A DNA stretch of 38,109 nucleotides from a virus. A model generated the notes under the pieces. The model ran no database searches. It was not told where the DNA came from and saw nothing but the letters and a program-made list of their open reading frames with translations. Location of the stretch: the IMG/VR virus record IMGVR_UViG_3300038427_000658, one strand, 5' to 3'. The translations under genes and the position numbers were made by a program. Shown piece by piece: positions 8,348 to 17,626 of the stretch (positions within the stretch are counted from its first letter, which is position 1; each line of letters begins with the position of its first letter).

Positions 8348-9808
8348 ATGCCGCTTAGAAAAGATTTGTCGCTGACGATGCCTAATCCGTTGCGTAACGT
8401 ACCTAACGAGATAGCGGTGGCGCAGCGGGAAAGAGAGGTTCCTGTTGCTTGGCGCGGCGACTGGAATCTTATGCAGTACGTTAACAACTACACTTTGAAG
8501 GCTGCTGGCATAGGCTTTGTTTCAAGTCCTTATACGTCACTTTGGGATAGGATTTGGGGAGTTACTCCAATCGAGGATTTGCCGAAGTACAAGGCCTTAT
8601 ACTCGTTTGTTCCATACATTCAGTCTTCCATCGATGTGCGCGTAAATCTTACGACATCCAACGGGTTCGTGCTTGAAGGCGGAACCGCGACTTTCAGGGA
8701 TTTTTTGGAAGAATGGATTGAGTCGCATGATATACTCGCTACTATGCGTAGTGAAGAAACAGATGCGTTAGTTTTCGGTACGAGTTATACGGAGCCGTGT
8801 ATGGATGAGGATTCAAGCCGTGTGGAGTGGCTGAAAACTTTGGATCCGTGTTATATGCGGGTTCGTCAGGATTGTTTTAAGAACATTTTTGGTTATGCGC
8901 AGCTTACTTCATACCCGCCGGTTGTTTTTGATCCTGAGGAAATTTACAGGACTTTGAATGGGGTTAAATCGTGGATATGGGAAAATGCTTATGGGACTTC
9001 TGCTTTGCGGTCGATTTTGCATGTTCAGGCTTTGCTTGATGATTTTCAGGTTGACATGGCTAAAATCATGAAGGTTTACACGAAGCCTATGCTTGTGCTT
9101 CAATGCGGCGGAGACGGGCGGCCAGGTGAACCTTTGCCGTGGAGCGAAGAGCAAATACAGGAGCTTTTAGCTGAAGTATCTGCACGTGAGCAAGGTACTG
9201 ATTTAGCGGTTAAAGGGGACGTTAAGGTTACGGCTCAGGGTTCGATGACGCGGGATCTTAAGGCAGAGTGGTGGCTTGAATATCTTGAGCGTCAACGTGG
9301 TGCTCAGTTAGGTGTGCCGAAGATTTTTCTCGGTGAACTTGAAGGTTCGAATCGTGCGACTGCGGATATTGTTATGCAGGAATTCATCACTCGGTTGCGT
9401 ATGCGTCAGAAGCATAGGAGCGGTGTTTATGAGACGCAGTTATTTCCGTTGATTTTGCGCGGTGATTTTCCTGATAGCTTGATTGTTCCGGATAAGATTC
9501 CTAAGATTAAGTGGAAGCCGATTTGGGAGCCTCCGACGGACATTAAGATGTCGCGTGTCATCGACCTGTACAATAATTTGTTGATGGGCGATAAGGAAGC
9601 TCGTGCTGAACTTGGCATGTCAGAAACTGTTGAGGGTAATTTGAAGCCTCAGCAGCCGACGCCGGCGCAAGAGCCTCCGCAGGGCCAGGATGATTCGCTT
9701 AACCGTTTTGATGTCTCTCGAGAACCAATGCAAAAGGCCCCAGGCATGCCTGTGAAACTGGTTAGGGCAAGTAATGGAGCTGCGTATCTTGTGCGAGCTT
9801 TGCCTTGA
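8348..9808 (+). CDS. Portal protein
   Basis: Size (486 aa), position after terL, portal-like segments (ALVFGTSY, YGTSALRSI, LGVPKIFLGE..SNRATA, KIKWKPI). Confidence 0.85.
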   Translation: MPLRKDLSLTMPNPLRNVPNEIAVAQREREVPVAWRGDWNLMQYVNNYTLKAAGIGFVSSPYTSLWDRIWGVTPIEDLPKYKALYSFVPYIQSSIDVRVNLTTSNGFVLEGGTATFRDFLEEWIESHDILATMRSEETDALVFGTSYTEPCMDEDSSRVEWLKTLDPCYMRVRQDCFKNIFGYAQLTSYPPVVFDPEEIYRTLNGVKSWIWENAYGTSALRSILHVQALLDDFQVDMAKIMKVYTKPMLVLQCGGDGRPGEPLPWSEEQIQELLAEVSAREQGTDLAVKGDVKVTAQGSMTRDLKAEWWLEYLERQRGAQLGVPKIFLGELEGSNRATADIVMQEFITRLRMRQKHRSGVYETQLFPLILRGDFPDSLIVPDKIPKIKWKPIWEPPTDIKMSRVIDLYNNLLMGDKEARAELGMSETVEGNLKPQQPTPAQEPPQGQDDSLNRFDVSREPMQKAPGMPVKLVRASNGAAYLVRALP

Positions 9809-10085
9809 CGCGGTTAACGCTGTTATGGCGGTTGAAAGTTTTGAGGCAGCTGTTGTTGACCCTAACATAAAATTTTCTACGTGGCTATTCGTCAATTCAG
9901 GCAACGTTAACACGTGCGAAAAGTGCGATGAGTATAGTGGCGACACGTACGAGTTGGAAGATCCTGATGATTTGTTGGATATTTTTCCGTTCGGCGTTTG
10001 GGTTGATGAAGATACGTTCGCTTGTAACGTGCATCTAAACTGCGTTTGCTATGTGGTCAGGCAATCGGACTACAAAAAAACTTAA
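9774..10085 (+). CDS. MuF-like minor head protein, Cys/His C-terminal domain only
   Basis: TCEKCDEYSG...CNVHLNCVC resembles the MuF C..C...HPNCRC motif; directly follows portal. Confidence 0.6.
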   Translation: MELRILCELCLDAVNAVMAVESFEAAVVDPNIKFSTWLFVNSGNVNTCEKCDEYSGDTYELEDPDDLLDIFPFGVWVDEDTFACNVHLNCVCYVVRQSDYKKT

Positions 10086-10099
10086 GGGAACAAAAAATT

Positions 10100-11206
10100 A
10101 TGGAATTAAAATACGATGTTGACGTTAAGGCAAGCCTTGATGAAATCCAGAAAACCATAATCATCGAAGGCGAAGCTATCGACGTTTCTGTTAATAAAAA
10201 TAATTGGATGGTGCCGCCGGAAGACTTGGATTATTTTGTCTCAACTCTCCAAGGTGCCCAGCTTAGAATAGACCATGGAACTGACGTTACGGATGTTAAG
10301 GGCTTGGTTAGGAAAGCTCGGCGTGACGGAAACAAGGTTTTGTTTGAGGCTGAAGTTTCCGGTGACCCGGTGCTTTTGACGCAGATTGAAAAGAAATATT
10401 TGACTATGGTCAGCCCGAAAGTGGTTTCTGACGAAATAGTCTGTAGTTTGTGCAGTGGCAGAACCAGAGACGATAACATGGTTATGGTTCACTTATGTGC
10501 TGGCGCTTATGAAATCGTGCATAAGCCGCAGTGTGTTGAGCTTTCAATTGTTGCGGAAGGTGCATATCAGAACAGTAAGTTTCATCCTAAGGGGTTTGCT
10601 GCGGCGATGGATGAATCACAGCGTAAGGCACTTATCGCGTCTGTTTGCGAGTGCGCGGATAGGTCGAAGTGTCCTTGCGGCATTAAGGAGCTTAAATCAA
10701 AGGTACAACTCGGCAAACCCGAGTTTAACCAAACAACAAAAAATGGAGAAAAAAAACAAATGAGTGCAAAACCAAATGAACCACCAGAAACACCGAAAGT
10801 ACCACCACAAATTCCACAAGCACCAGCAAAAGCTGGTACAGAATTGACATACGACGATTTTGTGCAGGAATTACAGAAGAACACAACGCAAATCATGGAC
10901 GCATGTAAAAGCGCAATCGCGGAATCGGCAAAGAATCTTGAAGCGAAGCTGGAAGCGAAGCTGGAAGCAAAACTGGAAGCAGACGTTAAGGCGGCAGTTG
11001 CATCATTGATGCCTAAGCCTAAGCCAACAGGCAAAGGTACCACTGGAAGCGTAAACAGTTTGCCAGGACTGGATGATGCTCAGAGGCTAAACAATATTTT
11101 CGCTAGAAAAGGTAACTTGCAGAAAGCAGGCCTTGAATTAGCAGCTGCAGCGAAGCGCATGAGCGGCTTAACCGCTGACGTGACGCACAACGAGGAGGAA
11201 GAATAA
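10100..11206 (+). CDS. Prohead protease fused to a scaffold region
   Basis: N-terminal LRIDHG...ELSIV protease-like motifs and a C-terminal coiled coil with (LEAK)n; start set at MELKY (ATG 10100). Confidence 0.75.
   Translation: MELKYDVDVKASLDEIQKTIIIEGEAIDVSVNKNNWMVPPEDLDYFVSTLQGAQLRIDHGTDVTDVKGLVRKARRDGNKVLFEAEVSGDPVLLTQIEKKYLTMVSPKVVSDEIVCSLCSGRTRDDNMVMVHLCAGAYEIVHKPQCVELSIVAEGAYQNSKFHPKGFAAAMDESQRKALIASVCECADRSKCPCGIKELKSKVQLGKPEFNQTTKNGEKKQMSAKPNEPPETPKVPPQIPQAPAKAGTELTYDDFVQELQKNTTQIMDACKSAIAESAKNLEAKLEAKLEAKLEADVKAAVASLMPKPKPTGKGTTGSVNSLPGLDDAQRLNNIFARKGNLQKAGLELAAAAKRMSGLTADVTHNEEEE
10940..10981 (+). repeat. 12-bp tandem repeat encoding (EAKL)n in the scaffold
   Basis: gaagcgaagctg x2, gaagcaaaactg, gaagca. 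Confidence 0.85.
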
Positions 11207-11208
11207 AC

Positions 11209-11664
11209 ATGGCTTATTTTGAAGGTTCAGGACCGAAAGTTATTCCAGACCTTGAGCAGACATTTCTTGCAGATACAGGCTACACGTCGCCGGCAGTAGG
11301 AGACCCAGTCTATATTTCAGCGGATAACGCAGTTAGCAAATGCACAGGCGCAAACCCTGCGTTCGTAGGCTTCGTGCAATCTGTACTTCCACCTGACACA
11401 TTCGGCAATAAGCTGCTTAACGTGTACGTTTTTGGCCATAGACTCCGATGCAAAAACACTTCAGGCGGAGCTCTTAACGCAGGCGACGTAGTTACATCAG
11501 GCAACGCAGGCATCTCGAAACTCGCTGCAGTCACAACTCTTGACGCAGCATGGAGTACGACCCCAACATTGCTTCTTGCAGCTATCAACGCTCAGATGAA
11601 CCGAAGGGGCGTTGTGGTCGTGGGCGGAGCAAACAATGCCCAAGTGCAGATAATCTTCGGATAA
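11209..11664 (+). CDS. Capsid decoration/cement protein (DUF2190-like)
   Basis: Small beta-rich Gly/Ala protein between protease and MCP (AVGDPVYIS, LNAGDVVTS). Confidence 0.65.
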   Translation: MAYFEGSGPKVIPDLEQTFLADTGYTSPAVGDPVYISADNAVSKCTGANPAFVGFVQSVLPPDTFGNKLLNVYVFGHRLRCKNTSGGALNAGDVVTSGNAGISKLAAVTTLDAAWSTTPTLLLAAINAQMNRRGVVVVGGANNAQVQIIFG

Positions 11665-11685
11665 ACACAGGAGGAAACAAAAAAC

Positions 11686-12582
11686 ATGAGTTTTAATGAA
11701 GATGCATTAGCATTCGTTGACTCGGCAGCCATTCAATACCCAGAATTGCATCAAGTAATTCTTGAGTTGACTATGCCAAACCTGATTACCAAGCGCTTGT
11801 TTACTGATGACGTTTTGAAGTCGGGGCGAACTAAAACTTACGTGAAAGAGGTAGGTACGCGAAGTACAGGGATCAGCGAAATCGCGCCTGGTACTGCAGT
11901 TCCAGTTGACTACACGCCACTAAGCTACGTTACAATTAGTCCATACAAGCGCGGCGAAAGCGTTGAGATACCTAAGGAAGTCGTTGAAGACGTCGATCTG
12001 CCCGTTATTAATCAGCAGCTCAAAAGACTTGCGAGACGATTGGCTTTCCAAATCGAGTTAGATTGCATAACCGTTATTGGCTCAGCGTGTCCAGGAGCTA
12101 ACAGTAATGCTTGCACAGGCAAAACCATAACTGTTACAGGCACAGAGTTTACGAAGGCAGGCACGCCTGGTATGGAAGATTTCAACGCTGCAGAAGCGTT
12201 GATAAATAAAGCTGATTTCCTGATGGATACGATACTTTGCAACCCGCTACAGAAACGCGATATCAAAAATTTGCCGAACTACAGCTTATACCATGATGTC
12301 ATTAGCCCGATTACTCAGAAGCCGATGCAGATGCTTGGTGAATGGGAACTTTGCTGGAGCAACGTTATACCTGCAGGCACAGTTTACTGCATCAGCACGG
12401 GCAAGAACCTTTCCGCTGCTTACGCCCCACTAGGATTCTTCCTAGTTAAGCGTCCACTGACAACCGATGTAGAGCTGCTCAAGAGCAAAGAACTCGTTAA
12501 GCCAATTTTGACAACAAGGTACGCGCCGGTAATCACGAATGGTGAGTGCATAGCAGCAATTACAGGCTGCGCAACAAGTTAG
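11686..12582 (+). CDS. Major capsid protein, HK97 fold
   Basis: 298 aa, position, and motifs EIAPGTAVP...KRGESVEIPKEVVED...LARRLAFQIELD, DTILCNP. Confidence 0.9.
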   Translation: MSFNEDALAFVDSAAIQYPELHQVILELTMPNLITKRLFTDDVLKSGRTKTYVKEVGTRSTGISEIAPGTAVPVDYTPLSYVTISPYKRGESVEIPKEVVEDVDLPVINQQLKRLARRLAFQIELDCITVIGSACPGANSNACTGKTITVTGTEFTKAGTPGMEDFNAAEALINKADFLMDTILCNPLQKRDIKNLPNYSLYHDVISPITQKPMQMLGEWELCWSNVIPAGTVYCISTGKNLSAAYAPLGFFLVKRPLTTDVELLKSKELVKPILTTRYAPVITNGECIAAITGCATS

Positions 12583-12687
12583 AACGCAACAACACAAAAT
12601 TTAATCTATTTTCTTTGCCTCAGTCTTTTAAGTCTGGGGCCGTAAAGCCGGCTTAACCAAAACAAAGCATTATGAGATTTTAAGTTT

Positions 12688-13059
12688 ATGGCCATGGGGC
12701 ACTATGAAATTGCCGTGCCAAAAGGTAAAAAAGTACGTGAGACATACGGCGTCATTAAGAAGCTTGAAAAGTTTTTCAGCGGCTTCATAACCTGTTGGGG
12801 CCGTAAAAATGCTTTTTGTGATAGTCGCATTAGCTTATGCTTGCCATGTATAAAGCTGCGTTTCATATTTCGTTATGGACGTTTACCGTATAGCTTTGGC
12901 ATAAACGTTAAAGACGGCGCGTACTATTTTTACGCTGAAAAACGTTTTACGTGTACATACGCTCTTTTCATGAGTTTTAAAACTCAGCGAAGATGGAAAA
13001 GCATTGAAGATCAATGGATAGCTTCTTTGAAGGTTCCAAAACTTCTAAAATCAAGATAA
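12688..13059 (+). CDS. Hypothetical basic/aromatic protein (moron-like insertion)
   Basis: 123-aa AT-rich ORF between MCP and adaptor. Confidence 0.5.
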   Translation: MAMGHYEIAVPKGKKVRETYGVIKKLEKFFSGFITCWGRKNAFCDSRISLCLPCIKLRFIFRYGRLPYSFGINVKDGAYYFYAEKRFTCTYALFMSFKTQRRWKSIEDQWIASLKVPKLLKSR

Positions 13060-13076
13060 TCAAAATTTAAAAGACG

Positions 13077-13841
13077 ATGTTGATGAGTGAAAGTTTTAGT
13101 CCTGGCGGGTCAGTTGCCAAAATACTTACGTTCAGAGATCAGAATGGAAGTTTGTTTGATCCGACAACTGTTTCCGTAATAATCATAAACCCAAACGGAG
13201 AAACAGTTGCGACGCAAAATCTTTCTAATTTGACTAAGAAAAGCGTTGGGGTATATCAGTTTTTGTATAGTCTTGCCATCGATGCTCTTACCGGCTTGTG
13301 GATGGTTCAGGTTACTGGAATGCTTTCCAATTTCACGCAAGTTAAGGATTATCCTGTTCTTGTGGTGGATGTGGCGAAGGCTGGCGCCGCTGTTTACGCG
13401 GATGAGCGGGCTGTTGTGAATGCGTTGCAGATGACGTTTGATGTGGCGTCTAAGACTTTTATGGTGTTTGGGCTTCCGATAGCTCAGGTTGCTGTTTTGG
13501 CGCATATCAGCTTTGCTAATGGGTACGTTGATAGTTTAACGGGTCAGGTTGATCCTAAAAGCAAGAAGTATCGTGCTTGTGTTCAGGCGGCGGTTGCTTT
13601 GGCGTGCCGTAGGGTTTTAATCACTGCTTCGGGCGGTGTGTTGCAAGGCGCTTTTGACTACCGTCTTGGTGACCTTTTAGTGACCCGGGCTAACGTAACT
13701 AAGGAAGTTTACGTTGCTGCAATACAGGCTTTTGAATCAGAATTCCACGGAGCCTTAGTGAATGTTGCGACAGTCGCGAAAATAGGCGAATGTAAGCTTG
13801 CGAGTCAGGTTCCGCAGAAAAGACCGTTAATGGTCGATTAA
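13077..13841 (+). CDS. Head-tail adaptor-like protein with an N-terminal Ig-like domain
   Basis: N-terminal beta-sandwich pattern (TFRDQNG...DPT...GVYQFLY...GLW) and a C-terminal helical adaptor-like domain (YADERAV...ANGYVDS). Confidence 0.6.
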   Translation: MLMSESFSPGGSVAKILTFRDQNGSLFDPTTVSVIIINPNGETVATQNLSNLTKKSVGVYQFLYSLAIDALTGLWMVQVTGMLSNFTQVKDYPVLVVDVAKAGAAVYADERAVVNALQMTFDVASKTFMVFGLPIAQVAVLAHISFANGYVDSLTGQVDPKSKKYRACVQAAVALACRRVLITASGGVLQGAFDYRLGDLLVTRANVTKEVYVAAIQAFESEFHGALVNVATVAKIGECKLASQVPQKRPLMVD

Positions 13842-13865
13842 AGAAAAACAACGAGTTGGTTTGAG

Positions 13866-13988
13866 ATGAGTGTGAATGAAGAAATAGTCGTAGTTAAACT
13901 TGTGCTGGTTAATCCGGACGGCACGCAAAAACAGTTGAGTACGGATGCTAATGGAAATCTTAACGTCGCGGTTGCGGCGGTTCCTTAG
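13866..13988 (+). CDS. 40-aa mini-protein paralogous to the N-terminus of the next gene
   Basis: Manual translation MSVNEEIVVVKLVLVNPDGTQKQLSTDANGNLNVAVAAVP versus MSGKEVEVEEIELVNPDGSIKQLRTDPNGNLQVAIASP. Confidence 0.7.
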   Translation: MSVNEEIVVVKLVLVNPDGTQKQLSTDANGNLNVAVAAVP

Positions 13989-13991
13989 GAG

Positions 13992-14696
13992 GTGAATTTG
14001 ATGAGTGGAAAAGAAGTTGAAGTTGAAGAAATTGAACTTGTTAATCCTGATGGATCGATAAAACAGTTACGCACAGATCCTAATGGAAATCTTCAAGTTG
14101 CTATTGCTTCGCCCGGCGTATTAAATAACCTTGCGCAAAACCAGATTTTGAGTGATGCTACGCCTTTTGCTGGCGCAAACGTTGCTGCAATTAAAGCAAA
14201 AACCGATTTACTTCCTGCAGACACAGCTACTCAGCTTGATACTAACATTCCAGCGGTTAAGGCTAAGACGGATTTGATTCCTGCTGGGCTCGTGGCCTTG
14301 TTGTATGCTGCTGCTGGTGGTCCTTACGCACTTAGCGATGTCGTTCTGTTTTCACATGATGCTGAAACGAGTCATGATACACCAACGTACGTTAAAGTTA
14401 AGGAAATCAATGTTGGCTACTTAAGCGGCACAATTCGCACAGCCTTTAGCTTGAAAGCTCCAGCTGAAGGTCACTGGGTGGTTGGGCGCATATACAAAAA
14501 CGGCGTAGCAATGGGTAACGAATGCGGCCAGAGCGGCACAGACTATTACGAATACGTTCAGGATTTAGCGTTTGCTAAGAATGACCTTTTGCAACTATAT
14601 GTTCTTAATTCAGATGCTGGATACCCAGGATTAGTGAAAAACTTCCGCGTAAAAGGCACATTCCTTATTCCGCAAATGCCGGCTGTTACACTGTAG
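13992..14696 (+). CDS. Virion structural protein (fibre/whisker-like) with an internal repeat
   Basis: Repeat AIKAKTDLLPA / AVKAKTDLIPA and a beta-rich C-terminal domain. Confidence 0.6.
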   Translation: MNLMSGKEVEVEEIELVNPDGSIKQLRTDPNGNLQVAIASPGVLNNLAQNQILSDATPFAGANVAAIKAKTDLLPADTATQLDTNIPAVKAKTDLIPAGLVALLYAAAGGPYALSDVVLFSHDAETSHDTPTYVKVKEINVGYLSGTIRTAFSLKAPAEGHWVVGRIYKNGVAMGNECGQSGTDYYEYVQDLAFAKNDLLQLYVLNSDAGYPGLVKNFRVKGTFLIPQMPAVTL

Positions 14697-14722
14697 CTTC
14701 CTTAGTTCCTTCTTTTTTTTTC

Positions 14723-14760
14723 TACTACGTACATTCTAGGTCCTTGGCATGTACGTGGTA
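14723..14760 (+). repeat. Complete quasi-palindromic element (14-nt spacer), preceded by a T-tract
   Basis: TACTACGTACAT-TCTAGGTCCTTGGC-ATGTACGTGGTA. Confidence 0.9.
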
Positions 14761-14829
14761 AAGTGCTAGTTTGAGGGCGCCGTTATGCTTTCGCATTAAT
14801 TCGCATTAATCAAAATTGGAGTAAATGAA

Positions 14830-14982
14830 ATGAAGTTGTTGGAGAATCAGCGTAACAAGTTGGGAAAGTGCCTTGAGGATTACCGTTATAAGCGGTGCGG
14901 GTATCTTCATGCGGCACAGTTTGTACATAATAAACCGTTGAAGCAGTGCTATCGTTGCCACGATGTCGGCGTTAAAATGTAG
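14830..14982 (+). CDS. Small Cys/His-rich protein (50 aa)
   Basis: Manual translation MKLLENQRNKLGKC...KRCGYLH...KQCYRCHD; abuts the next gene. Confidence 0.45.
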   Translation: MKLLENQRNKLGKCLEDYRYKRCGYLHAAQFVHNKPLKQCYRCHDVGVKM

Positions 14983-15843
14983 GTGATTGAAATGGACTCT
15001 CTGATCTACTATGTTTTAGTAAGCCTCTGCGTTGGAGGGCTAACTTACACTTTTGGTAAATTCGCTTTTAAGCTGAAGAGTAACCCGCAGATTGAATTCA
15101 ACCGCACCTACCTCCTGACGATGCTGCTCTCGATGGTCGCAACCGTGGCGTTGACGCCGATCTTCTTCGTTCCCGGCCTGCACGTGCTCACTGACGCGTT
15201 TACGGCTAACGGCACGGTGTTCGCCGTGGCTCTTGGTTTCTGCGTCGGGTTTACTGCAAACGTCCTGGTTAACTGGCCTGTGACCTACCTGGTAAACAAG
15301 GTTGCGACGTATGAAGCGAAGCTTAAGGCCTCAGCGGCTACCGCAACACCGCTGCCGGGCACGCTGGTAACTGCGGCTGCACCTGCAAAAAGTCCGATTA
15401 ACGTGCACCGTTTGCTGGAAGCTATTGTGATAGTTATTCTTATCGGCGCATTAATCGGGGCATCCGTGTTCGCCGTAGTGACTTATCAGGCTTCGATAAC
15501 TGGGACTGGAAGCATAACAGGCGTAGGCGTGACGATATACTCCGATGCTCAAGGACAGGTGAACCTTAACGCGATCAACTGGGGAAACGTTGCGCCAGGC
15601 GCTTCGATTTCAACGGCAATATATGTTAAAAGCACGAGTAACACGCCTATAACGCTGTACCAGGCTACTGCGAACTGGTCGCCGCCGTCGATTTCAAGTG
15701 CTCTCACGTTGACATGGGACTACAACAACGCCACTCTGCAGCCAGGTAACATTGTCAAAATAAACTTGACTTTGGCAGCATCAACAGCCGCGCCTGCGGG
15801 AACAAACTTCAGCTTCAACATGATTATAACGGCTACGGGCTAG
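14983..15843 (+). CDS. Multi-pass membrane domain fused to an extracellular Ig-like domain of Bathyarchaeia type
   Basis: About 4 hydrophobic segments, then INWGNVAPG...NWSPP...LTLTWDY...INLTL...FSFNMIITATG. Confidence 0.75.
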   Translation: MIEMDSLIYYVLVSLCVGGLTYTFGKFAFKLKSNPQIEFNRTYLLTMLLSMVATVALTPIFFVPGLHVLTDAFTANGTVFAVALGFCVGFTANVLVNWPVTYLVNKVATYEAKLKASAATATPLPGTLVTAAAPAKSPINVHRLLEAIVIVILIGALIGASVFAVVTYQASITGTGSITGVGVTIYSDAQGQVNLNAINWGNVAPGASISTAIYVKSTSNTPITLYQATANWSPPSISSALTLTWDYNNATLQPGNIVKINLTLAASTAAPAGTNFSFNMIITATG

Positions 15844-15858
15844 CGGTTAAGAAGTTTT

Positions 15859-15972
15859 ATGGCTGATGATGAAGAGCCGTGTTATTTCGGCAAAAATGAA
15901 CTGCACATCCACAAATGCAGTGAGTGCTACGCGAAGATTGTGTGTGCTAAATCTAAACAGTTTGAAGATTAA
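15859..15972 (+). CDS. Small Cys-rich peptide (37 aa)
   Basis: Manual translation MADDEEPCYFGKNELHIHKCSECYAKIVCAKSKQFED; preferred over the 15866-16087 shadow ORF. Confidence 0.35.
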   Translation: MADDEEPCYFGKNELHIHKCSECYAKIVCAKSKQFED

Positions 15973-16040
15973 CGGAAGGACTTCCCGAGGTGAAGTTTTT
16001 TCCATAGTTTACCATTTCACAAACGATTTAAAAGTGATAT

Positions 16041-16259
16041 ATGATGAAAGCGTTCAAGCTAGTGAGAAGGTATCTTCCTACAAATGATATTGATTTGCTT
16101 CTTGTCGGAGTAACCTTTGACGATGGGACAACAGTTGTGCAGTTTCCTCTGCCGAGACCGAATCTCGGTGTTTTCAAGTCGTTCAAAGACTTCAAGAAAG
16201 CTTACAAGAAACTGTTTGACCCTTGTCAGAAAACTGAACTTATTCAAGTAGATGTATGA
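16041..16259 (+). CDS. Small hypothetical protein
   Basis: 72 aa (LLVGVTFDDGTTVVQF), overlaps the next gene. Confidence 0.55.
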   Translation: MMKAFKLVRRYLPTNDIDLLLVGVTFDDGTTVVQFPLPRPNLGVFKSFKDFKKAYKKLFDPCQKTELIQVDV

Positions 16260-17601
16260 TATGGTAAATTTGAATACTCTTGTGCATCACGTCTGCGAGA
16301 AAACAGGGGATATTCACATTCCCGACGTCGCTGCTGTTTACGCGCAGATTATAGCTGCTAACGATGGCAAATACGCGAACATTCTTTTGCTGCCTGAGTA
16401 TAACGGGAATGAGGTTTTTGCGGATTTGCTCGCTTGGCTTACTGACAATTTTGGTGGGCCGACGGGTATTCCGATTATGTTAACTGTGTTTGAGGGTGGG
16501 CCATACGCTGACCATGTCGTCACGCAGTTGACCGCAAACCAGATTTTGCAGGTTATGGCGGTAGCGAACGTTAAATGGCTTCGTTTTTTTGAGGTTAAAA
16601 GCTGGTACTTAGCGCATAGTCAGACGTTTCCAACTGCTTATGTTGCAACAATTCTCGCCTTCTGCAGAACAAATAACTTGAAAGTGTTCTGGACAGAGTA
16701 TAAGGTTGATCATGTTTTTCAAGATATTCAAGGGTACATCGCTGGATTCGAGGATATTGTAACTGTCGGCTTTTCAACTAATTCGGGTGAGCTTGAACCT
16801 TGGGACGGCTTTAACCTCGTGAAAGGCTTGTTTACGCATTGGGGCGGAAGTGTCCAGAGCTGGTATTGGGAGACGCGGCATAGGCTTCCTGAACTCGCTG
16901 CGGTGAATGATCCTCAGAACATGCCTGTTTCCTGGTTGATTCGACATGCATGCCTTTGCAGAAACATTGGTGCAGAGGTTATCCAGTTTGAGCCTTACGA
17001 GTACTTCTTCGGCAAGATAGACGGAAAAGCAAGTCAAAGTTTAGCGTTTCTGCATTATTACTTGAATTCGGCGATGAGCGCGATGCAGGGCAGCACTGTG
17101 ATTTTGCAGACGTTGATGGGCGAATGGCAGTATGGTCCTGATAAAACTGATATTTTCTGGAGTAATAACCCGATTGAATTTGCGTTTGGCGCTCAACCAC
17201 CGGCTCCAGACTTTTTCAAGATGAAAGAGAAAAATGCTGTTTTCTGCTACAGCTTGGGCAGTTCAAGTCTGACGCGTAAGCTGTGGCTTAAACTTGAGGA
17301 TGTGGCCGTACAAGTAGTTGCTAAAGCTGCCGATACTGCTATTGGCGATAACGTTTTGAGGCGTGAGAGTTTGAAAGCGGAGGTTGAACGCATAATCCAC
17401 ATGTACGACGTTCTTGCGCCTCTTTGGAATACCGAATACACGTACGCGAACGGCTCGCCTTGCAGGCGTAGAATTCCAGGTATAGGCGACGTTGTGATCA
17501 GCGCCGAACAAAGCCAGGGTGAAGATTTCAACCTTGCGCGGACGTTGATTCAGGTTAAGTGCAAGTTTTATCCAAGGAGCATAGTCACATCACAAGTGTG
17601 A
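16252..17601 (+). CDS. Fusion of a putative glycoside-hydrolase-like (beta/alpha) domain and a tail-terminator-like C-terminal domain
   Basis: Residues ~8-270 are clearly paralogous to the C-terminal domain of 30263-31450; the remainder sits directly before the tail tube gene and shows the terminator-like alpha/beta pattern. Confidence 0.7.
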   Translation: MYDMVNLNTLVHHVCEKTGDIHIPDVAAVYAQIIAANDGKYANILLLPEYNGNEVFADLLAWLTDNFGGPTGIPIMLTVFEGGPYADHVVTQLTANQILQVMAVANVKWLRFFEVKSWYLAHSQTFPTAYVATILAFCRTNNLKVFWTEYKVDHVFQDIQGYIAGFEDIVTVGFSTNSGELEPWDGFNLVKGLFTHWGGSVQSWYWETRHRLPELAAVNDPQNMPVSWLIRHACLCRNIGAEVIQFEPYEYFFGKIDGKASQSLAFLHYYLNSAMSAMQGSTVILQTLMGEWQYGPDKTDIFWSNNPIEFAFGAQPPAPDFFKMKEKNAVFCYSLGSSSLTRKLWLKLEDVAVQVVAKAADTAIGDNVLRRESLKAEVERIIHMYDVLAPLWNTEYTYANGSPCRRRIPGIGDVVISAEQSQGEDFNLARTLIQVKCKFYPRSIVTSQV

Positions 17602-17626
17602 TAAAAAATGGAGGAAACAAAAGAAA

